The translations under genes and the position numbers were made by a program. Of a DNA stretch of 64,000 nt, positions 7,221-16,829 are shown piece after piece. Where the stretch lies: NCBI GenBank assembly GCA_045638965.1, contig JAZUCC010000003.1, positions 65,558 through 129,557 of the forward strand, given 5' to 3'. The stretch's first letter is position 1. Each line of letters starts with the position of its first letter. A model generated the notes under the pieces. The model made no database searches and was not told the DNA's origin. It worked only from the letters and a program-made list of their open reading frames with translations. The DNA is from Acutalibacteraceae bacterium (lineage in GTDB: Bacteria; Bacillota; Clostridia; Oscillospirales; Acutalibacteraceae).

Positions 7221-8903
7221 TTATTTTTCAGCAAGCTTCTGTAATGCCATAAAGTCAACCTTTTCAAGGGGAGTATGGGGAAGCTCGTCCATAAATTCAA
7301 TAACTCTGGGAACAGAGAACTTGGAAAGATTCTTTTCGCAGGTTTCTGTGATAATCTTCTTGTATTCCTCCTCGTCGCCCTTTTCCTTGAGAGAAACATA
7401 GAGCTTTACAAGGGGCTTGCCGTCAATTGTGCCTCTTACTGCACAGGATTCCTTGATGAAGGGAAGTGTATCCATAAGATTTTCAACGTCAACGGGATAT
7501 ACGTTGTAGCCTGAGATAATGATAAGTCTCTTCTTTCTGCCTGCAAAGAAGAAGAAGCCGTCGTCATCCATGTAGCCGAGGTCGCCTGAACGCACCCACT
7601 TTACGCCGTTTTCATCGGTGTAAAGACCTGCATCCTCGGGACCGTCCTTTGTAAGGTAGCCTGCCATGATTGTGGGACCTGAAATTACGATTTCACCTAC
7701 AGTGCCGTTGGGAACCTTCTTGCAGTCATCATCCCAGATTTCCATTGTAACGCCTGCAAGGGGGATACCGATTGAATTGTCCTTGTTTGTAGTGTTTGTG
7801 TTTGCACAGCAAACGGAGCCTACCTCTGTAAGACCGTAGCCCTGACGAAGACGTGCCTTTGTGCCGTTCTTGTCAAGCATTTCGTTGAATTCCTGTAAGA
7901 ATGCGGGAGAAAGGTCGTCACCGCCTGCGAACATAAGACGGGTGTGCTTAAGGTGGGGACCGTCGAAGCCTTCTGTGTGGTAAAGCTTCTTGAACATTGC
8001 GGGAATACCGACGATACCTGAAATTCTGTTATTCTTGTAAAGCTTTACAACAAGCTTCTTGTCAAACTGAAGAAGGGGGATGATTCTTGCGGCATTACAC
8101 ATTGTCATGTGCATTGCAACAACAAGACCGAATGCATGGAAGAAGGGGAGAATAATGATTTCGCCTTCATCGCCGGGATCAATAATGTGGTCAATGTAGC
8201 CTAATGCATAAACATTTTCGTTGATAGCCTTGCTTGTAAGCTTGATGGTCTTGCTCTTGCCTGTTGTACCGCCGCCGTTTAAGTAAACTGCAATGTCGGA
8301 GCCGTTGTTCTTTATGCCCTCAACCTTCTTGCCTGCATATTTCTTTATAACATCCTTATAAAGAGTGGGCTCACGGTATTTGAGAATCTTTTCAAGAAGA
8401 GCCTCACCTGCACCTGCAGCAGCCTTCTTTGCGGGAGAAGCATAGTCGGAGCAGCGGCACAGAAGAATGGGAAGGCCTGTCTTGTTTACAGCCTCAACGT
8501 TGTGCTGCTTAAGACCGATAAGTCCGAGAACCATAATACCCTTTGAGTCTGATTCCTCAATTGTTTCAAAGAGAACCTCATCGGGAAGAAGGGGATGCAC
8601 AAAGTTTACGATAACGCCGATTTTGTTAAGTGCATAGAATGCTGCAATGCTTTCAACGTTTGTGGGAGTAAAGATTGTGTAAGCGTCGCCTCTTTTAAGA
8701 CCTACGTCATGTGTGAAATAGTATGCGAGTGCATCAATATCTCTTAAAAGATCGCTTCTCTTGCCTCTTTCGTCCATGTGCTGATAAGCATCATAGTCGC
8801 CGTACTTCTCGGTTGCGTTGACGAAGAATTCATAACAGTTGAGCTCTTCGGCTTTAATCATCATATTCTGTGCATTGTCTTCACGGAATTTGTTTTCAGT
8901 CAT
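7221..8903 (-). CDS. AMP-dependent synthetase/ligase (acyl-CoA synthetase family), paralog 2
   Basis: Same motifs as 5099-6757 (YLNGGGTTGKSKTIKLT, GYGLTEVGSVCC, GRKKRLIIISGYNVYP). Collinear over the full length, with roughly three quarters of positions identical by eye. Confidence 0.85.
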   Translation of the reverse strand: MTENKFREDNAQNMMIKAEELNCYEFFVNATEKYGDYDAYQHMDERGKRSDLLRDIDALAYYFTHDVGLKRGDAYTIFTPTNVESIAAFYALNKIGVIVNFVHPLLPDEVLFETIEESDSKGIMVLGLIGLKQHNVEAVNKTGLPILLCRCSDYASPAKKAAAGAGEALLEKILKYREPTLYKDVIKKYAGKKVEGIKNNGSDIAVYLNGGGTTGKSKTIKLTSKAINENVYALGYIDHIIDPGDEGEIIILPFFHAFGLVVAMHMTMCNAARIIPLLQFDKKLVVKLYKNNRISGIVGIPAMFKKLYHTEGFDGPHLKHTRLMFAGGDDLSPAFLQEFNEMLDKNGTKARLRQGYGLTEVGSVCCANTNTTNKDNSIGIPLAGVTMEIWDDDCKKVPNGTVGEIVISGPTIMAGYLTKDGPEDAGLYTDENGVKWVRSGDLGYMDDDGFFFFAGRKKRLIIISGYNVYPVDVENLMDTLPFIKESCAVRGTIDGKPLVKLYVSLKEKGDEEEYKKIITETCEKNLSKFSVPRVIEFMDELPHTPLEKVDFMALQKLAEK

Positions 8904-9177
8904 TTGGTTCAGTCCTTTTTTATATTACTTTATTATAGTATTTTACTAAACAGATGTCGGAAAATCAATAGAATATGTACATCTTGTACTAAAAATTTTT
9001 TTGTGGGGCTTATTCAACAAAATAAACAAAAATGTCTGAAAGTATCAGCTTAATTTGTTGACTTATACCGACACGGTGTATAAAAACGCGCAGCGCAATT
9101 CTTTAAGGGCAAAATAAAACAGGTAAAAGTGACGGAAAATGTGCCTGAAATACCGTTTTTATGTACGGGTGCGGGTG

Positions 9178-9206
9178 TTGACATAATTTTCGTCGGATAT
9201 TATAAT
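9178..9206 (+). promoter_or_regulatory. Consensus sigma-A promoter for the lipoprotein gene at 9269
   Basis: TTGACA (9178-9183), 17-nt spacer, TATAAT (9201-9206). Confidence 0.6.
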
Positions 9207-9268
9207 CGGTATATAAATATATATAGTCTGTCCCCCTTTTCAGGGGAGCATGAAATAAGGAGAAAATT

Positions 9269-10243
9269 ATGAAAGCCTGCAGAATTTTTATGGCGGCGGC
9301 ACTTGTGACTGCGCTCATTTTCAGCACATCCTGCTTTTCATATAAAAGCTTTGATGAGCTTGTAACCATGCATTCGGAGGAAACAACTGCATATTTTTAT
9401 GAAACACTTGCCGATGTGACAACCTCAATAGCTGTTGAAAATACTACCTCGATTATAGTTGAAAACACAACGGCGGCAATGACAACACAGCCTGCGGTAA
9501 CTCTGCCCGAGCAGACAACCGCAGCGGTACAGGTGCCTTCAACACAGCCTCAGCAGGAGACTACCACTGCAGCCGAGGTCACCACTGCACCTGTTGAATT
9601 ACCTGATTATTCATCATATTCAAAGCAGGAGATAATTGATACCTATACACAGGCACTCAATAAAACAAGAGCTTATACGGGTGCGCTTACCGTAAATCAT
9701 ACCGAAAGCTTTGATGCAAGCATCAAGGAGGCACATCCGGGCGGTGCGCTTACCCAGCTTCTTGCAGATAATATTGTAAAGCTTGTAGGCAGTGAGGGTC
9801 AGCAGACACTTGTTTTCAATAACGGTTATGCGGTAAATGCCGACGGTGAGACAATTCCCGTGCTTCTGCCACAGCGCTCTGCATTTTCTTTGCCCGCAGC
9901 GGGTGTCAGCTCTGCAACAATAAGTGCGACGGGTGACAAAACCAATATCAGAATTGTTCTTGTTCCCGAAACTGTTTCCATGGGAGAGGTGCCGCAGTAT
10001 AATTCCGATGCTATAGGCTATCTTGATACATCGGGAATGGATTTCAAGATTATAAAAATCAGCCGTGTTGATATTACTTATCCCGGCTCTGTTATAAATG
10101 CGGTTATAAGAAATGACGGCTATATTGAAAGTGTGACATATACAATAAACATGAGCACTTATGCCGAGCTTTCGGGCATGGGTATTTCGGGCTACGGCAC
10201 ACTTGAGGGTGCACAGACAGAGAAATGGCAGCTGGCATATTGA
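9269..10243 (+). CDS. Lipoprotein of unknown function, member of a three-copy family in this window
   Basis: Signal peptide plus lipobox (LIFSTSC), a Thr/Ala/Pro-rich linker, and a ~200-aa C-domain. The C-domain aligns with the products of 43258-44163 and 44331-45296 (ITYPGSVINAVIRNDGYIESV vs VTYSGCTAKAKISPDGKIEEY vs VNYKGYKIEAVMTPDGKLVSI). All three end in an aromatic-x-Y. Confidence 0.7.
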   Translation: MKACRIFMAAALVTALIFSTSCFSYKSFDELVTMHSEETTAYFYETLADVTTSIAVENTTSIIVENTTAAMTTQPAVTLPEQTTAAVQVPSTQPQQETTTAAEVTTAPVELPDYSSYSKQEIIDTYTQALNKTRAYTGALTVNHTESFDASIKEAHPGGALTQLLADNIVKLVGSEGQQTLVFNNGYAVNADGETIPVLLPQRSAFSLPAAGVSSATISATGDKTNIRIVLVPETVSMGEVPQYNSDAIGYLDTSGMDFKIIKISRVDITYPGSVINAVIRNDGYIESVTYTINMSTYAELSGMGISGYGTLEGAQTEKWQLAY

Positions 10244-10480
10244 ATCAGGCATCAGGCAATAGGCAATAGGCATCAGGCATCAGGAGACTTCGTGCGGGAG
10301 CACGGATAAAAAGTTTTTGTTAAGCTTAACAAAAGCTTATAGTTTTTGTAAGGGGCAGCTGCCGAAGCGCTGATTGCAGGCAGCGAAATCCCTTGATTGT
10401 CCGGGAATGCAGGAAAAGCTTGAAAAAACCACTGAAGGTGTTTTTTAAGTGTAAAGCACCAATCAGTATAACATTTTCTT

Positions 10481-10513
10481 AAAAAAAGGGTATCAACCGT
10501 GTGGCTGATACCC
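10481..10513 (-). terminator. Rho-independent terminator after murA
   Basis: GGGTATCA-10 nt-TGATACCC hairpin, followed by a T7 run on the minus strand. Confidence 0.7.
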
Positions 10514-10525
10514 TTCATTATTTAC

Positions 10526-12292
10526 TTAGCAGCAGCAATCCTTTTTCTCGTCAGGATATGTGCGTCTTTCAATTTTTGCGCCTACCAAAGTAAGCTTGTC
10601 AACAATGCTTTCATAGCCTCTGTCAATGTAGTGGATGTTACCGATTGCGGTTTCACCCTCTGCGCAGAGTCCTGCAATAATCATTGCCGCACCCGCTCTT
10701 AAGTCATCGGCTACAACATTTGTGCCCTTGAGTGTTTTTACACCCTCAACCACCGCAGCGGTGTTGCCTGATTCAACGGAAATGTTGGCACCCATCTTCT
10801 GAAGCTGCTGGGTGTATTTGAAGCGGTTGCCCCATATTGCATCGGTAACCTCGCTCTTGCCGTCGCAGATTGTAAGAAGTGTGGTGAACTGGGGCTGCAT
10901 GTCTGTGGGGAAGCCGGGATAGGGCTTTGTGCGGAGATTGCAGGCCTTAAGTCTGCCGTCGGAAATAACTCTTACGGAGTCACCGCCCTCTTCAACCTTA
11001 CAGCCGCATGCACGCAGGCGGTCTGCAATTGTATCAAGATGCTGGGGAACAACATTTACAATGGTGATGTCACCGCCTGTTGCGGCAGCGGCTACCATGT
11101 ATGTGCCTGCTTCTATCTGGTCGGGAATTACTTCATGGTTTATAACCTTGTTTTCCACATACTGAAGCTCGGGCTTACCGTAAATTTTAATGGTATCCGT
11201 ACCCGCACCTCTTATGGATGCACCCATACGGTTAAGGAAGTTTGCAAGGTCAACTATGTGAGGCTCACGGGCAGCATTGTTTATGGTTGTTGTACCCTCT
11301 GCAAGAACAGCCGCAAGCATGATATTTACCGTTGCACCGACTGAAACCGTGGTGAAGGTGAAGCTGCTGCCTATAAGCTCTTCAGCCTCAACGGAAACCA
11401 CACTGTAGTGGTCATTTCTCTTCTTGGGAGAAATTGTAACGGAGTTGTCGGGGCATATTGTAATCTGCTCACCCATGGAATTGAGATGCTCTGCAAGGCT
11501 TATAACCTCGTTGTCTGTAAGAGCGTTTCTGATAACAGTTCTGCTGTTTGAGTGAAGAGCAGTGAGAATGTGGTCTGCAGTGAGAAGCTTTGACTGGTCG
11601 TCGAAGATGATTTCCGATGAGAAATTGAAATCGTCACAGTCGGGAATGCAGCCGTCAATTGTTATAATGCGGTCATCCTCATCATATTCAATATCTGCCT
11701 TGTTGTTGCTGCGGAGAATTTTGAGAATATCCTTTATATGCTCGTCAATAAAAGCATTTCTGATAACCGTTGTACAGTTGGAGTTTATTGCAGTAAGAAC
11801 TGCATTGAGAGTTGATGCAAGTGAGGGCTGCTGAAGCTCAACCTCGATGCTGCCGAGAACAGAGGTCTTTGCGCCGAGGGTCTCAAAGCCGTCAAGGTGG
11901 AAGTTGATGGGGCGTCTGCCGCCGAAATTACAACCGCCGGGCATTGCAACACGGGCAAAGCGGAATCTGCCGAGCATTGAGCCTAAAAAGTAGTAGGATG
12001 CTCTGAGCTTTCTTGAAAATTCGTAGGGAATTTCCTTTGATTCAACATTTGTGGTATCTATCTCAAGTGTTCTTCTGTATTTACCTGTGGAGGTAGTCTT
12101 GACCTCGGCACCAAGGTAACGGAGAATGTCTATTATAACGGAAATATCGGCAATGTCGGGAACATTATCTATAAAATACTTGCCTTTTATAAGAACTGTA
12201 GCAGGGAGTATAGCTACAGCGGAGTTTTTAGCGCCGCTTATCTCTATTTCGCCGGAAAGACGTTGTTTGCCTGTAATAACATATTTTTCCAC
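10526..12292 (-). CDS. murA: UDP-N-acetylglucosamine 1-carboxyvinyltransferase (MurA) carrying a ~150-aa internal insertion
   Basis: SGAKNSAVAILPA, KLRASYYFLG and catalytic-loop PGGC, plus VSVGATVNIMLAAVLAEGTT, PDQIEAGTY, YPGFPTDMQ and DLRAGAAMIIAGL. The protein is 588 aa; B. subtilis MurAA, recalled from memory, is 436 aa. The extra segment is aa ~146-294. Confidence 0.85.
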   Translation of the reverse strand: MEKYVITGKQRLSGEIEISGAKNSAVAILPATVLIKGKYFIDNVPDIADISVIIDILRYLGAEVKTTSTGKYRRTLEIDTTNVESKEIPYEFSRKLRASYYFLGSMLGRFRFARVAMPGGCNFGGRRPINFHLDGFETLGAKTSVLGSIEVELQQPSLASTLNAVLTAINSNCTTVIRNAFIDEHIKDILKILRSNNKADIEYDEDDRIITIDGCIPDCDDFNFSSEIIFDDQSKLLTADHILTALHSNSRTVIRNALTDNEVISLAEHLNSMGEQITICPDNSVTISPKKRNDHYSVVSVEAEELIGSSFTFTTVSVGATVNIMLAAVLAEGTTTINNAAREPHIVDLANFLNRMGASIRGAGTDTIKIYGKPELQYVENKVINHEVIPDQIEAGTYMVAAAATGGDITIVNVVPQHLDTIADRLRACGCKVEEGGDSVRVISDGRLKACNLRTKPYPGFPTDMQPQFTTLLTICDGKSEVTDAIWGNRFKYTQQLQKMGANISVESGNTAAVVEGVKTLKGTNVVADDLRAGAAMIIAGLCAEGETAIGNIHYIDRGYESIVDKLTLVGAKIERRTYPDEKKDCCC

Positions 12293-12508
12293 GAAAGCAC
12301 TTCCTTAATTTTTTAGTTATATATAAAATGTAGCAATCATAAATTCAGCCGTCGGCAATGCTTCGTGCCGTCGGTAAAAATGGGTGTTTTTCTTTTTGTG
12401 TAGAAAAATACCCATATTTAACCTTATTATATCATATTAATTGTGAAAATCAAAGCATTTGCCGAAAAATATTCCGTTTTAATATTTTTTATCAGTATTT
12501 TACAAAAA

Positions 12509-14710
12509 TTATAAATCCAATTTGTTTATTCCTGTATTTAATGCAAATGTGGTACCGTTTATCTTTGCCACTGCTCTGGTGCCCTCGGGTACGGTGAAGG
12601 TGTAGGATACACCGTTTTCGGTTCTTTCCCATCTTGAAGCTACCGTGCCGTTAGCGGTTTCTATTGAGCCCTCTGCAAAGGTGAAGTGATTGCTGATAAC
12701 GGGGCTGAATACAACAGCGGTGAAGCCTGCAGTACCCTCTGCCTGTGTGATACCGCACATTTTTTCATAAATCCAGTCACCTACCGCACCGTATGCGTAG
12801 TGGTTGAAGGAGTTCATGTCGGGAGTCGCAAAGGTGCCGTCGGGCTTGTAGCCGTTCCAGCGCTCCCACATTGTGGTAGCACCCTGTGTTATGGGATAGC
12901 ACCATGAGGGGAATTCGTCTCTTAAAAGAAGCTTATAGGCAAGGTCATTTTCACCGATATCGGAAAGAACATGAAGAAGATAGGGTGTGCCTACAAAGCC
13001 TGTGGTAAGGTGTCCGAAGGAGTTTACAAGCTCTGTGAGCTGCTTTGCAACGGGAGCCTTGTCATTGTAAAGACCGAAATGAAGTGCAAGCACGCAGGCG
13101 GTCTGTGTATTGCAGTGCATTCTGCCGTTTTCGTCAATGAATCGTGCAATGAATGCCTTTTTGGTGTTTTTTGCAAGGTTCTTGTAATATCTGCAGTCAA
13201 TGCCCAGTACCTCGGATGCCTTTATGAGAAGATTTGTTGAGTAGTAGAAGAAGGCACAGCCTATGAGGTCCTTTTCCGTTGCACCCTCAACTGCTTCCTT
13301 GTTGGGAAGGTCAAGTGCAAGCCAGTCACCGAAGTGCCAGTGGCCCTCGTAAAGATAGGGATTTGTGGAGATGCCTTCATCGGGCTTCTTTTTAAGTGCC
13401 CATGCTCTCATGAAGTCAACCCACTTTTTCATGAGCGAATAGTTTTCGGCTAAAAGCTCGCGGTTTCCGTAGGTAAGATACATCTGCCAGGGAAGCACGG
13501 TTGCGATATCCGCCCATGCGGAGGAGCCGCCGTGGTCGTCATATTTTGTGGGAACGAAGGAGGGAATTGAGCCAGATTTCTTCTGCATTGCACGAAGGTC
13601 GCCCATCCACTTCTTAAAGAATTTCTCAACATTGTAGTTGTAGCTTGCAACCTTGCAGAATACCTGTGCGTCACCTGTCCAGCCGAGACGCTCGTCTCTC
13701 TGGGGGCAGTCGGTGGGAACATCAAGGAAATTGCCCTTCTGTCCCCAGATAATGTTATGGAAAAGCTGATTTATCATTTCGTTTGAGCATCTGAAATAGC
13801 CTGTTCTCTTCATGTCGGAGTGAACAACAATTGCCATTATTTCATCTGCGGAGTCAATTTTCATACCCTCAATTGCAATGTAGCGGAAGCCGTAGAAGGT
13901 GTAAACGGGCTTCACAAGATGGGTGCTGCCGTCGCATATCAGGGTGAATTCCTGCTTTGCAGAGCGGAGATTTTCGGTATATACATTACCGTCCCTTGTC
14001 AGCTTCTCAAAGTGCTTTACGGTAATCTTATCACCCTTTTTGCCCTTGATGTAGAAGGAAAGATAGCCTGTAAGCTCCTGACCGAAGTCAATTACGGTAT
14101 CTCCCTCGGGAGTGATAAGAAGCTGTTTACCTCTTATTTTTTCCTGCTCGGTGATAAATTCACCCTCCTGGGGGATAAGAGTATCCTTTGTATAAGGGAT
14201 GACGGTTACGGGGATGGGCTTTCCTGCCTTGAAATTATAATCCACGGTTTCACCGTTATACATGTGGTTATAGCGCACGCAGTTTTCTGTTGTTTTCCAG
14301 CTGTCATCGGTGATGATGGTTTCGCTTTCACCGTTTTCATATGTAAGAGTCAGTGCGGCAATAACTGCGGTTGTATGGGGAGCTACAATTTTTGAAGAAA
14401 GGTCATACCATCTGTGGAAGCGCCAGCCGATGCCTGTACCCACGGTAATGGTATTTTCAGCGGAAATCAGCTCTGTTACATCGTAGGTCTGATATTGAAT
14501 ACGGGTATTGTAGTCGGTCCATCCGGGATTCAGCACGGATGCGGTTACGGGACAGCCGTTGATTTTACAGTCATACACACCCAGTGCGCTTATCTGTAAA
14601 ACTGCCTTTACGGGGAAGGGCTTTGCAGTAAATTCCTTGATGAAATCCACACCCACATCCTTTTTCTGACGTGAGGGCTTTATCCATAATGCTTCAAAAA
14701 TCTTGTCCAT
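12509..14710 (-). CDS. Alpha-L-rhamnosidase, glycoside hydrolase family 78
   Basis: The DVPTDCPQRDERLGWTGDAQVF signature and the (alpha/alpha)6 region HFGDWL... typical of GH78. Confidence 0.85.
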   Translation of the reverse strand: MDKIFEALWIKPSRQKKDVGVDFIKEFTAKPFPVKAVLQISALGVYDCKINGCPVTASVLNPGWTDYNTRIQYQTYDVTELISAENTITVGTGIGWRFHRWYDLSSKIVAPHTTAVIAALTLTYENGESETIITDDSWKTTENCVRYNHMYNGETVDYNFKAGKPIPVTVIPYTKDTLIPQEGEFITEQEKIRGKQLLITPEGDTVIDFGQELTGYLSFYIKGKKGDKITVKHFEKLTRDGNVYTENLRSAKQEFTLICDGSTHLVKPVYTFYGFRYIAIEGMKIDSADEIMAIVVHSDMKRTGYFRCSNEMINQLFHNIIWGQKGNFLDVPTDCPQRDERLGWTGDAQVFCKVASYNYNVEKFFKKWMGDLRAMQKKSGSIPSFVPTKYDDHGGSSAWADIATVLPWQMYLTYGNRELLAENYSLMKKWVDFMRAWALKKKPDEGISTNPYLYEGHWHFGDWLALDLPNKEAVEGATEKDLIGCAFFYYSTNLLIKASEVLGIDCRYYKNLAKNTKKAFIARFIDENGRMHCNTQTACVLALHFGLYNDKAPVAKQLTELVNSFGHLTTGFVGTPYLLHVLSDIGENDLAYKLLLRDEFPSWCYPITQGATTMWERWNGYKPDGTFATPDMNSFNHYAYGAVGDWIYEKMCGITQAEGTAGFTAVVFSPVISNHFTFAEGSIETANGTVASRWERTENGVSYTFTVPEGTRAVAKINGTTFALNTGINKLDL

Positions 14711-14728
14711 AATGTTACTCCTTTTTAT

Positions 14729-16768
14729 TTATGATATGTCTGCAAAAAGAGCAGACTTCTTTTCCTTCAGAATTCTGTTTTCCGACTTTTCAAGATACGG
14801 GTCAGCGGCGAGAATTTTTTCCGCTTCATCCCGTGCGGCATAAAGTATTCTTGAATCGGTCATGAGAGATGCAATTTTAAGTGAGGGCAGACCGCTCTGA
14901 CGTGCGCCGAAGAAATCACCGGGTCCGCGAAGCTTCAGGTCCTCCTCGGATATTCTGAAGCCGTCATTGGTCTCGCAGAGAATTGAAAAGCGCTGTGCGG
15001 CCTCCTCGCCCTTTGCGTCACTTACAAGAACGCAGTGAGCTTCTGCACTGCCTCTGCCCACACGACCTCTTAACTGGTGAAGCTGTGAAAGACCGAAGCA
15101 CTCGGCATTTTCAATTACAATTATGTTTGCGTTGGGCACATCTATGCCGACTTCAATAACAACGGTGCATATAAGCACATCGGTATTGCCGTTTTTGAAC
15201 TCCTGCATTACCTCGTCTTTTCTGCTCTGCTTCATTTTACCGTGCAAAAGTGCGCACCGCAGGTCGGAAAATACGGTTTTTGAAAGAAGCTCATAATATT
15301 CCTCTGCCGATTTCCTGTCAGTTGTGAAATCCTCGTTTTCCTCTACCATGGGGCAGACGATGTAGCACTGATTGCCCTTTTTTACCTCTTTTTTAATGAA
15401 GCTGTAGAGCCTTTCGTGGTAGGTTGACGGCACCTTATATGTATTTATGTCCTTTCTTCCCTTTGGCTTTTCGTCAAGCACTGAAATTGCAAGATCCCCG
15501 TAAATTATCAGTGAAAGTGTGCGGGGAATCGGTGTTGCACTCATAACAAGCACATGGGGAGCCTTTCCCTTTTCGCGGAGTGCCGCCCGCTGATTCACAC
15601 CGAAGCGGTGCTGCTCGTCGGTTATGACAAGGGCAAGATTTCTGAATACCGTGTCCTCGGTTATAACTGCATGAGTGCCTATTACTATATCTGTGTTACC
15701 CGAAAGAATATCTTCCTTGATAAGTCTTTTGTTTTTTGCCGTGGTGCTTCCCGTGAGAAGGGAAATTTTCATGCCCGTACCCTTAAAAAAGCTGTTGAAG
15801 GTTTCCGCGTGCTGACGGGCAAGCACCTCTGTGGGTGCCATAAGCGCACACTGATAGCCGTTTTTTACCGCAGAATATATAAGTGCTGCGGCAACTGCGG
15901 TTTTACCTGAGCCCACATCGCCCTGAAGAAGTCTTCTCATGGGCGAATGCATTTTCATGTCAGCGGCACATTCCTTTATTGCCCGAAGCTGTGCATTTGT
16001 AAGAGTAAAGGGGAGCCGTGCGGTGAATTCGTCGGTGAAATCCTCTTTTATAACGTGCTGTGCTACCTCGGCGTCATCCTTACCGTGGGATAAAATTCCC
16101 AGCTGAAGCACAAGAAGCTCTTCATATATGAGCCTTCTGCGGGATGCCTTTATGTCCTCTTGGGTTTCGGGAAAATGAACGGACCACAGACTGTCACGCA
16201 GTCCCCGAAGCTTATATTTCAGAAGCTGCTCACCGGGCAGAGTTTCCGTGATTTTATCGGAAAATGTCTCAAGTGCGGTTTTTACAGCCTTGGCAATAGC
16301 CTTTGAATTAAGAGTAAGGGTCTGATTATAAACGGGGTGAAGATATTCTCCCTTTTCAGCCCTTTCATAGCGGGGCGAAAGCATTTCCTTTCCGCCCATG
16401 TCGTTTATTCTGATTTTGCCGAAGAAAATAAATTCCTCGTCCTCTTTCAGGTCATTCACAACATATTTATTGTTGAAAAAGGTCACATTCATCATACCCT
16501 TGCCGTCGGTGGCGCAGGTACGGTACATTATTTTCCCGCTCCTTGTCTTTATGGGCATGGGGCGGGCAACTATGATTGCTTTTATTGCAACGGTTTCATT
16601 TTCCCTGGCATCGGTAATTGTTACGGTATTCTTCCAGTCCTCATAGCCGCGGGGAAAGAAATAAAGCAGGTCACCTACCGTATTAATTCCCAGCTTCCTG
16701 AAGCCCTCTGCCTTTTTTTCACCGATACCCTTAAGAAAACGGATGTCCGTTTTCATGATATCATTCAT
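14729..16768 (-). CDS. recG: ATP-dependent DNA helicase RecG
   Basis: Wedge domain, Walker A GDVGSGKT, DEQHRFG, and QLHQLRGRVGRG motif VI. Confidence 0.9.
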   Translation of the reverse strand: MNDIMKTDIRFLKGIGEKKAEGFRKLGINTVGDLLYFFPRGYEDWKNTVTITDARENETVAIKAIIVARPMPIKTRSGKIMYRTCATDGKGMMNVTFFNNKYVVNDLKEDEEFIFFGKIRINDMGGKEMLSPRYERAEKGEYLHPVYNQTLTLNSKAIAKAVKTALETFSDKITETLPGEQLLKYKLRGLRDSLWSVHFPETQEDIKASRRRLIYEELLVLQLGILSHGKDDAEVAQHVIKEDFTDEFTARLPFTLTNAQLRAIKECAADMKMHSPMRRLLQGDVGSGKTAVAAALIYSAVKNGYQCALMAPTEVLARQHAETFNSFFKGTGMKISLLTGSTTAKNKRLIKEDILSGNTDIVIGTHAVITEDTVFRNLALVITDEQHRFGVNQRAALREKGKAPHVLVMSATPIPRTLSLIIYGDLAISVLDEKPKGRKDINTYKVPSTYHERLYSFIKKEVKKGNQCYIVCPMVEENEDFTTDRKSAEEYYELLSKTVFSDLRCALLHGKMKQSRKDEVMQEFKNGNTDVLICTVVIEVGIDVPNANIIVIENAECFGLSQLHQLRGRVGRGSAEAHCVLVSDAKGEEAAQRFSILCETNDGFRISEEDLKLRGPGDFFGARQSGLPSLKIASLMTDSRILYAARDEAEKILAADPYLEKSENRILKEKKSALFADIS

Positions 16769-16829
16769 AGATTGTTTCCTTTTATGAATAAAGTATGTGT
16801 TCTTACTGATAATATGTGGGGGTGGATTT

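Noticed and set aside
9620-10273. A 217-aa minus-strand ORF.
   Set aside because: It is antisense to the lipoprotein gene, which has a consensus promoter, RBS and lipobox. The product is Cys/Ile/Arg-rich noise.
11411-11857. The MurA insertion as an intein or mobile insertion.
   Set aside because: There is no Cys/Ser/Thr at the N-junction, no His-Asn plus Cys/Ser/Thr at the C-junction, and no Hint or homing-endonuclease motifs. The insert instead resembles MurA's own folding unit.
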